This document shows, piece after piece, positions 29,601-36,790 of a DNA stretch of 64,000 bases. A program made the translations under genes and the position numbers. The notes below the pieces were generated by a model, which did not search any database, had not been told where the DNA came from, and was given only the letters and a program-made list of their open reading frames with translations. This stretch comes from Dehalococcoidia bacterium (GTDB taxonomy: Bacteria; Chloroflexota; Dehalococcoidia; Lucifugimonadales; UBA3495): positions 3,483,448-3,547,447 of the forward strand of contig OY762251.1 of assembly GCA_963665395.2 (NCBI GenBank). Direction: 5' to 3'. How positions within the stretch are numbered: the first letter of the stretch is position 1; each line of letters starts with the position of its first letter.

Positions 29601-30110
29601 ATGACCACCGAAAACGCGAACAAACCCGCTGACCGTCTGACTCACCTGGCCGAGGACGGCAGCGCCCGCATGGTTGACGTGAGCTGGAAGCCGGTTACCG
29701 ACCGGTTCGCGCAGGCCGGCGGTTACGTGGTGATGCAACCGGCAACTTTGGCCCTCATTCGCGACGGATTGATGAAGAAAGGGGACGTGCTAACCATCGC
29801 CCAACTGGCCGGCATAATGGGCGCGAAACGGACGGCGGAACTGATCCCGCTGTGCCATCCGCTCCCTTTGAACAAGGTGGATGTAGAGTTGACGCTGGAT
29901 GAACCGGAGAGTCGGGTCTGCGTCACGGCCACGGCGACTACGTCGGGCAAGACCGGCGTGGAGATGGAAGCGCTAACCGCAGTATCGGTGGCCGCGTTGA
30001 CGGTGTACGATATGTGCAAGGCGGTGGATCGAGGGGTACGCATTGACGGAATCCGGCTGCTGCGCAAGACCGGCGGGCAGTCCGGCGACATTGATTTGAC
30101 CGATGCTTAA
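29601..30110 (+). CDS. moaC: Cyclic pyranopterin monophosphate synthase
   Basis: Motifs [39 protein letters not shown] and YDMCKAVD. Confidence 0.9.
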   Translation: MTTENANKPADRLTHLAEDGSARMVDVSWKPVTDRFAQAGGYVVMQPATLALIRDGLMKKGDVLTIAQLAGIMGAKRTAELIPLCHPLPLNKVDVELTLDEPESRVCVTATATTSGKTGVEMEALTAVSVAALTVYDMCKAVDRGVRIDGIRLLRKTGGQSGDIDLTDA

Positions 30111-30475
30111 CCGTCGCGCCGGATCAGTTCGGCGGTCAGGACCCGGACGGCCTCGGTGAGGTAAATCAGGTATTCGCCGATGGTCAGATCCAAGGGTGTG
30201 AACTGCTCCACCTGGTCAACTTCCAGGACACCCACGATCCCCGGGATGGCGGTCACGTCCAGTTCGGCTATCGCGCCGTCCGGCGTCAGGACGACGCATC
30301 CCAGGTCGGGGTTGGGCATAGGGATGGGGTCAAGCTCTATCGCCTGGATGGTGGCCATGTCGAGGAACGCCGGGAATGGATCCAACAGGCGGCAAAGGCG
30401 GACGACCAAGGACTCCATCTGAACGGCGGCATCCGCGAGCAGGACCTGGGGATCTTGAGCGTCGGAAGCAGCCAT
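30107..30475 (-). CDS. Hypothetical protein (122 aa)
   Basis: Clean ORF convergent with moaC. No family recognised. Confidence 0.5.
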   Translation of the reverse strand: MAASDAQDPQVLLADAAVQMESLVVRLCRLLDPFPAFLDMATIQAIELDPIPMPNPDLGCVVLTPDGAIAELDVTAIPGIVGVLEVDQVEQFTPLDLTIGEYLIYLTEAVRVLTAELIRRDG

Positions 30476-30558
30476 TATCCAATTGACAACCCGATGGTAT
30501 GACCCTTACCATATTCTTGAGCGCGGTAGCGTCGGCGTCTGGCCGTGGCTGCGCGGTG

Positions 30559-30633
30559 GGCGACGTAGCTCAGTGGCAGAGCGGGCGCTTCATAAGCGCT
30601 AGGTCGTTGGTTCGAATCCATCCGTCGCCACCA
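30559..30633 (+). tRNA. tRNA-Met (anticodon CAT; elongator or Ile2-type, not initiator-like), CCA encoded
   Basis: Acceptor GGCGACG/CGTCGCC, D-arm GCTC..GAGC, anticodon loop TTCATAA, T-loop TTCGAAT, 3' ACCA. One T:T mismatch in the T stem. Confidence 0.85.
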
Positions 30634-30653
30634 TAATCGCCTTTGAGCGCTGA

Positions 30654-30691
30654 ATCAAGCCGGGTCGCATGACCCGGCTTGATACGTTTTT
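30654..30691. terminator. Bidirectional rho-independent terminator
   Basis: 13-bp stem atcaagccgggtc/gacccggcttgat, loop gcat, then ttttt. Lies between the tRNA and the convergent PAC2 gene. Confidence 0.75.
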
Positions 30692-30705
30692 GCAGGGGAC
30701 GGGTT

Positions 30706-31620
30706 CTATTCCTCGCGTTGGCCGAATTCCTCGCCCAGTTCGCTGAGGAACTGTTCGATCTCCGGTGACAAGGCGACGGCTTCCCCCGTGTCCTCGCCGC
30801 TCTCATCGGAAACCGGGGCTTCTGCTTCGTTGGTGTCGTAGTAATCTTCCATCTGCCGGATCAGGCCCTGGAGGTCGGAATTGCGTTCGACCGCTGCGTT
30901 CAGCTCCCGGTATTGCCTTTGACCGCGTCGCGTCGGCGCCAGGTCGGCGGGGATCTCCGAGTACACCGATGAGAGCACTTCGATCATCCTGGCGGTGCCG
31001 TTGTAGTCCTCATCCAACTGGACGTATTGGGGCAGGTGAACCATGAAATTGATGGCTTCAATCTCCATGCGCTCGATGCCGTCGGATACCAGATTCATAA
31101 TCGTGGTCGGCCCCTGATAGGTGCTGCCCCGGAGCTTCAGATTGGGGACCGGCCGGAGCTGGGGCACGGACCCCAACGAGCCGGTGACGAGCAGAGGGCG
31201 AGTGTGGGGTACGGCGTCGTACATTGCCCCCAGGCGGCAGTACCGCTTGACGTTGAAGGATTCGACCACCTGCAGGATGGATTCCGTGTAAGTTTCGCTG
31301 TTGGCGTGGGGTTCGCGCAGGTGGAAGAAGAGGTAATCGGGGCCGTTTTCGGTGGTAGCGTACCGGATGATGCTGTTGGGGATGCGAACGCGGCGTTCGT
31401 TCTCCACCAAGCGCATACTGGGCCGGTAGCGGGTAAAGTCGAAGAACTCGCCAGGCCGGTGGAGCCGGCCCAATTCTCTTGAGCCGAGATACCGCTCCAA
31501 CCGATTGAGGGTCAGAGTACCCACGCTGCCCACGTCCACCCAAGGGCGGATCATGGCGAACACGTGGGGGTCTCGCAACTCAGGCAAGGGTTCCTGGAGG
31601 TCAAAAGCGCCAATCATCAT
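30706..31620 (-). CDS. PAC2 (proteasome assembly chaperone 2-like) family protein
   Basis: N-terminus LPELRDPHVFAMIRPWVDVGSVGTLTL and overall length are typical of bacterial PAC2 family proteins. Acidic C-terminal tail. Confidence 0.7.
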   Translation of the reverse strand: MMIGAFDLQEPLPELRDPHVFAMIRPWVDVGSVGTLTLNRLERYLGSRELGRLHRPGEFFDFTRYRPSMRLVENERRVRIPNSIIRYATTENGPDYLFFHLREPHANSETYTESILQVVESFNVKRYCRLGAMYDAVPHTRPLLVTGSLGSVPQLRPVPNLKLRGSTYQGPTTIMNLVSDGIERMEIEAINFMVHLPQYVQLDEDYNGTARMIEVLSSVYSEIPADLAPTRRGQRQYRELNAAVERNSDLQGLIRQMEDYYDTNEAEAPVSDESGEDTGEAVALSPEIEQFLSELGEEFGQREE

Positions 31621-31676
31621 AATGGGTTCATCTTGCCAGAGGCAGGCCGGATTTTCAAGGAGCGCAGCGGCATTAG

Positions 31677-32015
31677 CAGGACGATTGCAAAGTCGCCTGA
31701 CCGTACCATTAGGTAAAAAGGGGCAGTTTGAACGAATGGAGGTGTCCTGTCATGGACGCAGCCGCGCAGTCGCTTTTCCGTTGCCTGGAACAGATGCCGG
31801 ATCCCCGGGTGGAGCAAAAGGGGATGGCACTGAGTTCCGCCGGCGGTGGGTCAGCGCGGAATTAGCCGACTATATCCGGGAGAAATTGGGGTTTCCCGAG
31901 GCGCGACAGGCCGCTCTGGGGGAGCAATCACGGGTGGCGATGGCCACGGGCGCACCCGAACTGACCATCGCCCGACTGTTCGGACCACCATCATACTGAC
32001 TTTGCAATCGTCCTG
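31677..32015. mobile_element. ISAs1-like deletion derivative (miniature element) with 18-bp perfect terminal inverted repeats
   Basis: IRs are caggacgattgcaaagtc (31677..31694) and gactttgcaatcgtcctg (31998..32015). Inside lies a truncated reading frame, MDAAAQSLFRCLEQMPDPRVEQKG..., resembling ISAs1 transposase N-termini. Confidence 0.6.
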
Positions 32016-32056
32016 AGTGGCAACGCCGGGCGTTCCGGGGTGGGATACCCCGGAAA

Positions 32057-32314
32057 TTAGTTGGCGGCGGTTTCGGCGGCGGCGTGTCCCGCCAGCATCT
32101 CATCGAGCATACGCTGCAAGGCCATGGTGTGGCTGCAAACCCGTCGGGTGCTGAAAAACGCGCACTCGCAGCGCCAATCGCCGTCCTTGTACGCGACCCG
32201 GTAGGTGTTGTGGTTGCCGACGAAAGAGGCTTCAAAGGTGTGGATGTTCACCCGCCCCGGTTCCTCGGCGTATTTCCGTGCCTTGTCAACCTTGCCGATG
32301 TAGCTCGAAGTCAT
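32057..32314 (-). CDS. SWIM zinc-finger protein (85 aa)
   Basis: Start MTSSYIGKVDKA at 32314. CxC...CxH signature in WRCECAFFSTRRVCSHTMAL. Confidence 0.65.
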   Translation of the reverse strand: MTSSYIGKVDKARKYAEEPGRVNIHTFEASFVGNHNTYRVAYKDGDWRCECAFFSTRRVCSHTMALQRMLDEMLAGHAAAETAAN

Positions 32315-32462
32315 TTCAACCCCCGTAGTGTTCTCGGGGCAGGATTGATGGCCCGCCCGGTAGTTTGAATGGTACTGGCAACGGGGCCGGCGGGTCAATA
32401 TCCCGACGCGCTTTATTATGCCGTTTGATAATATCGTATATCAAAGATAGGGTATTTGCCAG

Positions 32463-32491
32463 TTGACAACCGCGTTATCAGCCAATACGAT
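32463..32491 (+). promoter_or_regulatory. Sigma-70-type promoter for small ORF 1
   Basis: TTGACA (32463-68), a 17-nt spacer, then TACGAT (32486-91). An AT-rich palindrome tttgata-N8-tatcaaa lies at 32424..32445 just upstream. Confidence 0.6.
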
Positions 32492-32545
32492 ACATAGCAT
32501 CCGTATCAACGATGCAGCGCAAACCCCATGAGGAAGGAGGCAACG

Positions 32546-32773
32546 ATGGTTACCGTCAACGAGCGCCTGATTACCGCCGATATTGACCTTGACGACCGTT
32601 TCGGGTTGCTGACCCAGTGGGTCGAGCAGGACATGGCTGACATCCTCACCGAGTTCGGCGCCCGCATGGAGGACAGCGCGCCGGAGCGGGTCAAGCACAT
32701 CCCGCCGCCCGCCATGGCCTACGGCATCCCCATGGCCGGCGTCCGCTACTACACCTACGTCCCCGAGAGCTAA
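32546..32773 (+). CDS. Small protein (75 aa) with conserved C-terminal AYGIPMAGVRYYT motif, paralog 1
   Basis: RBS aaggagg lies 6 nt before ATG 32546. Shares the N-terminus MVT(V/I)NER and the C-terminal motif with 32939..33160. Confidence 0.7.
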   Translation: MVTVNERLITADIDLDDRFGLLTQWVEQDMADILTEFGARMEDSAPERVKHIPPPAMAYGIPMAGVRYYTYVPES

Positions 32774-32804
32774 CCACACCCCGCGGCCACCGCAGCGACG
32801 CGCT

Positions 32805-32837
32805 CAGGGGGCGGCCGGCGGGCCGCCCCCTGTATTT
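32805..32837 (+). terminator. Rho-independent terminator after small ORF 1
   Basis: 12-bp stem cagggggcggcc/ggccgccccctg followed by tattt. Confidence 0.7.
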
Positions 32838-32855
32838 GAAGGCTGCTGCAAATAT

Positions 32856-32884
32856 TTGACGAAAATTGAATGAACTGATATGAT
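32856..32884 (+). promoter_or_regulatory. Sigma-70-type promoter for small ORF 2
   Basis: TTGACG (32856-61), a 17-nt spacer, then TATGAT (32879-84), in a locally AT-rich patch. Confidence 0.6.
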
Positions 32885-32938
32885 ACGAAGCATATCAAGT
32901 TTTGATGCAAATGACGTCAAACAAAGGAGCGCGAAACG

Positions 32939-33160
32939 ATGGTTACAATAAACGAACGCAACCTGGTTAGAGACACCGACCACCAGCCCGGCCGCCTCCC
33001 TGAAAAGGTCCAACGGGACCTGGCAGAAGCCCTCAACGAGTACGGCGCGCCGTTGGCCGAGCCGGCCCCCGAGCGCAAGCCCGACCTGCCGCTGACCAGC
33101 TTCGCCTACGGCATCCCCATGGCCGGCGTCCGCTACTACACCTTCACGCCGGAGCGTTAA
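32939..33160 (+). CDS. Small protein (73 aa), paralog 2 of 32546..32773
   Basis: RBS aaaggag. Start MVTINERN... and C-terminus FAYGIPMAGVRYYTFTPER. Confidence 0.7.
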   Translation: MVTINERNLVRDTDHQPGRLPEKVQRDLAEALNEYGAPLAEPAPERKPDLPLTSFAYGIPMAGVRYYTFTPER

Positions 33161-33190
33161 GGCGACGGTGAGGACACCTCAGCGCCGCTT

Positions 33191-33218
33191 GTAGGGGCGA
33201 CCGGCCGGTCGCCCCTAC
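33191..33218. terminator. Bidirectional hairpin gtaggggcgaccgg/ccggtcgcccctac
   Basis: Perfect 14-bp palindrome arms between convergent genes. Belongs to the GTAGGGGCG hairpin family. Confidence 0.6.
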
Positions 33219-33236
33219 GTCTTGCCCTTGTGGTAG

Positions 33237-34898
33237 TCAGACCAGGCTACTCTGCCGCCCCTGCGTCCGCCGCCGCCGCGGCGCCTGCCGGAAGGTCGCC
33301 GGCGGCACCATCCGGAAGGTCGCCGGCGGCGCCATCCGGGGGTATTGCGCCTCGACGCCGTTCAGCAGCTCGGCTACAGTCAGGATTTGCAGGCGGGGAT
33401 ACTGGTGATCCGGGTAGTGTTCCGGGGTGTAGAAACCGGCGGAGGCCGCTTCCTGCAACATGGGGCGGGTCGGCTCGTTCAGGGTGATGAACAGGCCGAT
33501 TTCCGCCTTTTCCCGCGCCATGTCCCCTTTCAGCGTGGCGATCATGCCCCGGTTGACCTGGCCGCTTTTCACCTGCACGACGATGCGCCTGGCCTTGCCG
33601 CTGTTGTCGTCGAAGAAGTTGATGACGCCGTCAATGCCGGCGTCGGCGCCCTTCTTTTTGTCCTTGGCCGGCCGGGCGTCCACCAGGCTGACGCCCCACC
33701 ATTCAAACTGGTAGCGGTCGTGCCGCGCCAAGGCTGCCGCGCTGGCCGGGTCCTGGGGAACGCCCACCACTTCGTAGGGACGCAGGTCATCGCCAAAGGT
33801 GTCGTGCAGCCGATGCCGCATCAGGGACATTGCCAGGTGGGTAATGTCAATGCCAATCCAGCGGCGGTTGAGGCGTTCCGCGGCCACGGTGGCAGTACCG
33901 CAGCCGCAGAAGGGATCGAGCACCACATCGCCCTCGTTGCTGCTGGCGTTGATGATGCGCTCCAGCAGGGCCTCGGGCTTTTGCGTGGGGTAGCCGAGGC
34001 GTTCCTTGTGCCATGACCGCAAGGGTTGTATATCATCCCAAACGTCTTGGGCCGGTACGCCCGGGTGTTCGTCAAAGTACACTTTCAGCCGGGGGACTCC
34101 GTTTCGCGTCCAATAGATTTTATCCTCTTGAATGAGAGTGGAGATTCCGGCATCGTCGTACATCCAATGCCGTCCCGCCGGCGGTTCAATTACGCCACGT
34201 TCACCGAAATCCCGCGCCGGGCCGGGGCCGGCCGCCGACAGGTCTGCGGACATAAACTTGCGCCCGTCCGGGTCAGAGTAGCGGTAGTAGTTGGCTACGT
34301 AATCGGGATCCAGCGGCTGATAGACTTTGTTCCACTCAAAGTCCGCGCTCTTGTGATACAGCAGAATTATGTCGTGAACTCTACCCAGCCCTTTGGCGTC
34401 GCTGTGGCTGGTGGTGCGACGCCAGATGATTTCGTTGCGGTAGTTGGTATGCCCGAATATCGAGTCCATCAGCAGCTTAAGATAGTGGCTGGCGGTGGGG
34501 TCGCAGTGCAGGTAGATGCTGCCGGTGGGTTTGAGGACGCGGTGCAGTTCGGCGATGCGCGGGGCCATCATGGCGAGGTAGGCCATCATGTCGCTCTGGC
34601 CCAGAAAGCCGCGCATGGCCTGGAGCAGGTCGGCCAGCTTTTCGGGGCCGTCGGTGACCACGGCGCGGTAGGCCGCTTCCGACTCCAGCCCCCAATGCCA
34701 GGTGTCCTCAAAGGCGGTAATCTGGGCGTCGGAAAGTTCGCCCGTCTGCTCCTGGAAAAAGGCGTTGTAGTTGACGTTGGAGTTGAAAGGCGGGTCCAGG
34801 TAGATGAGGTCAACGCTAGCGTCGGCGACGTGCTCCCGGAGGATGTCCAGGTTGTCGCCGAAGTAGAGGCGGTTGGGGGTTTCGGAGGGGGCGGTCAT
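33237..34898 (-). CDS. Beta-class N6/N4 DNA methyltransferase fused to a C-terminal PD-(D/E)xK (Mrr-like) domain
   Basis: ATG at 34898. Motif IV DLIYLDPPFNS precedes motif I VLDPFCGCGTATVAA. The C-terminal ~170 aa contain GADAGIDGVINF...RRIVVQVKSG. Confidence 0.8.
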   Translation of the reverse strand: MTAPSETPNRLYFGDNLDILREHVADASVDLIYLDPPFNSNVNYNAFFQEQTGELSDAQITAFEDTWHWGLESEAAYRAVVTDGPEKLADLLQAMRGFLGQSDMMAYLAMMAPRIAELHRVLKPTGSIYLHCDPTASHYLKLLMDSIFGHTNYRNEIIWRRTTSHSDAKGLGRVHDIILLYHKSADFEWNKVYQPLDPDYVANYYRYSDPDGRKFMSADLSAAGPGPARDFGERGVIEPPAGRHWMYDDAGISTLIQEDKIYWTRNGVPRLKVYFDEHPGVPAQDVWDDIQPLRSWHKERLGYPTQKPEALLERIINASSNEGDVVLDPFCGCGTATVAAERLNRRWIGIDITHLAMSLMRHRLHDTFGDDLRPYEVVGVPQDPASAAALARHDRYQFEWWGVSLVDARPAKDKKKGADAGIDGVINFFDDNSGKARRIVVQVKSGQVNRGMIATLKGDMAREKAEIGLFITLNEPTRPMLQEAASAGFYTPEHYPDHQYPRLQILTVAELLNGVEAQYPRMAPPATFRMVPPATFRQAPRRRRTQGRQSSLV

Positions 34899-35266
34899 GG
34901 CGTGGTTCCGCGCCACAAGCCCTGCCTTCGCAAGTCCCATTCGGTGAAGGTCTGGACTCCTTTGTATGGGGATTTGCGGAACTCCTGAATAGCCGCCAGC
35001 CACCGCGCGATGGAACTTTTGCTCTCGCCGGAATTGTCGATGCCTTTCAGAAGGTCCGGGATGCGGACGTCTTCATTCAGGTCAGGCCAGTGGATTTCAT
35101 CGCGCCAGGTTTCATAGCCGGCGCGTTCTTCCGGCGTCGCGTGCCAGAGCCGGGGAAACGTATCCGCGGTGAAGGGACTGATCACTTCCCTGCCGTCGGA
35201 TAGAGTGACGATAAACTCGTTGTCGGTGAACTTTAGCGATAGCCCTTCAGTCAGCAAAGTAGTCAT
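34895..35266 (-). CDS. DUF2442-family protein
   Basis: Motifs LSLKFTDNEFIVTLSDGREVISPF, PRLWHATPEERAGYE and IHWPDLNEDV. Its stop overlaps the methylase start (ATGA). Confidence 0.7.
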   Translation of the reverse strand: MTTLLTEGLSLKFTDNEFIVTLSDGREVISPFTADTFPRLWHATPEERAGYETWRDEIHWPDLNEDVRIPDLLKGIDNSGESKSSIARWLAAIQEFRKSPYKGVQTFTEWDLRRQGLWRGTTP

Positions 35267-35495
35267 GCCATGTCTCCAAGCACCGATCTCTGTTTTCTTC
35301 AATCAGACGTTGCGCCCGCCGAACATATTGTGGCCGCATACCGTCATTGCGCTCGAGTGATACGTCTTGATCAAGCCAGAATTTTGCGGCGGCTCCCGAC
35401 GAATGGCGAACATGGATATGGGGTGGCTCGCCGCTATCTCCAGCGTAGAAACGAGATATGAACGGCCCCTCTCTGAATACTTCAGGCACCATCAA
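35247..35495 (-). CDS. DUF4160-family protein
   Basis: Motif ISRFYAGDSGEPPHIHVRHSSGAAAKFWL. Overlaps the DUF2442 gene by 20 nt. Confidence 0.7.
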   Translation of the reverse strand: MMVPEVFREGPFISRFYAGDSGEPPHIHVRHSSGAAAKFWLDQDVSLERNDGMRPQYVRRAQRLIEENRDRCLETWHDYFAD

Positions 35496-35555
35496 TCTCC
35501 CTAGCGCGCTACGGCTCGGATTGCTCCGTGATTTGCCTCCTTTGCCGACGTTGCG

Positions 35556-35613
35556 GAATTGTAGCAGGTTCTGGCCGAGTAGAGGCGGTTGGGGGTTCGG
35601 GGGCGGCGGTCAT
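35556..35613 (-). pseudogene. Remnant of a methyltransferase 5' end (duplicate of 34841..34898)
   Basis: atgaccgccgcccccgaacccccaaccgcctctact... aligns by eye with the start of the intact methylase (MTAPSETPNRLYFG). It is frameshifted and abuts the stop of the BrnA-like gene (TAGATG). Confidence 0.6.
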
Positions 35614-35922
35614 CTAGGCGTCATCATCGGCGGCGGCCGCGGTGGTGTTGGGTTGGCCCGTCGCTCTGGCGTCGGCGGCTTTGGCTCCGGGAATCCCATC
35701 CGGGTATTTTTCGGCCAGTTCGCGCCGGACCCTCATCCTGGCTTGTCTTCGCTCCTCATCCAGATGAGGCGGCGGAACCCATTCGTGATCGCGGAGCGAT
35801 TCCTCAATTTCCCGCTCGTATTCGTCCAGGTCATCATCGCTGAAAGGCCACCAGGCATCGAACTCCTCGTCGGTCAGCGGGGCGTCCGATATTTGGTCGT
35901 TTTTCTCTTGACTGCCGCTCAT
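35614..35922 (-). CDS. BrnA-like antitoxin candidate (acidic N-terminus, no obvious RHH)
   Basis: Lies immediately downstream of the DUF497 toxin gene. Motif DEEFDAWWPFSDDDLDEYEREIEES. Confidence 0.55.
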   Translation of the reverse strand: MSGSQEKNDQISDAPLTDEEFDAWWPFSDDDLDEYEREIEESLRDHEWVPPPHLDEERRQARMRVRRELAEKYPDGIPGAKAADARATGQPNTTAAAADDDA

Positions 35923-35934
35923 TATCGCCTCCGA

Positions 35935-36204
35935 TCACTCGATATAATCGCGGGTGTATTTTCGGCTTGGATACGCCGTCCTCAGAGATTCAACGTCACC
36001 GTCGCGGTAAAAGGGAACCACGTAGGCGTAACCATCAATGTGAACCACGTACAGGCGCTGTCCGGGATGCCGTGCCTGGTTGGGGTGCGGTATGTCGGCG
36101 ACCAGCCCGCCGTGTTCCAAATGATACACCACGTCGTCGAACGACAGGCCCCGATTGCGTCGCAGCCATTCGTTCTTGTCGGCATCCCACGTGTATTCGG
36201 GCAT
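35935..36204 (-). CDS. brnT: BrnT-family (DUF497) toxin
   Basis: Motifs YTWDADKNEWLRRNRGLSFDDVV and C-terminal LRTAYPSRKYTRDY. Confidence 0.7.
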   Translation of the reverse strand: MPEYTWDADKNEWLRRNRGLSFDDVVYHLEHGGLVADIPHPNQARHPGQRLYVVHIDGYAYVVPFYRDGDVESLRTAYPSRKYTRDYIE

Positions 36205-36243
36205 AAGCGAAACGGAAAAGCGATTGGGTGATGGCGCGGTTAT

Positions 36244-36684
36244 CTATGCGTCATCGTCGCCGGCCGCGGCGGTATCGGTCTGACCTTGCGGGTCGGCATC
36301 CGCGGGCTTATCGATTGGAACCCACCGCCAAAGGTCGTCGGCGGGGGTAAGGGCTTTGGCGAATTCGTCCCAGGCCGCCGGGTCGTCCTAAGGAGTCGGA
36401 GCCTCGCCACGCCAGTACGCGAGCAAGCCGGGCGGGAATTTCTTCTGTTGCTCTTCGGTCAGTCCCGCCGGGTACGTTCTGCTCCGGGCGCGGCGAGCCG
36501 TTTTTTGGATACGCCGCCTTTTTTCCTCCCAATCGGGATCCGGGAGAATCTCGTAACCGCTGATGGACTCCTCAATTTCCCGCTCGAACTCATCAAGGTC
36601 GTCATCATTGAACGGTCACCAGGCATCGAACTCCTCGTCGTCTATCGGTGGCGTCGTTCGTGTTTCATCCTTGTTGCTGTTCAT
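36244..36684 (-). pseudogene. Second BrnA-like gene copy interrupted by two in-frame stops (TGA, TAG)
   Basis: RBS plus ATG at 36684. Reads MNSNKDETRTTPPIDDEEFDAW-TGA-PFNDDDLDEFEREIEES...GEAPTP-TAG-DDPAAWDEF...AAAGDDDA, colinear with 35614..35922. A BrnT 3' remnant (TAYPSDKFTRLY) lies at about 36700..36745. Confidence 0.6.
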
Positions 36685-36790
36685 TGTCGCCTCCCAATCG
36701 ATCCCGGTAAAGCCGGGTGAATTTATCGCTGGGATACGCGGTGTACAGAAATACGCGGCCCGCACGCCGCCGATATCTGACATGAACGTA

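Noticed and set aside
30483-30514. TTGACA box ~70 nt upstream of the tRNA-Met as a promoter
   Set aside because: There is no convincing -10 hexamer at 16-18 nt spacing (ttacca/catatt only), so support is too weak to list it as a feature.
31505-31999. 164-aa plus-strand ORF between the PAC2 and SWIM genes
   Set aside because: It starts inside the PAC2 gene on the opposite strand and reads through the ISAs1-like miniature element. It is better explained by that element's truncated transposase frame.
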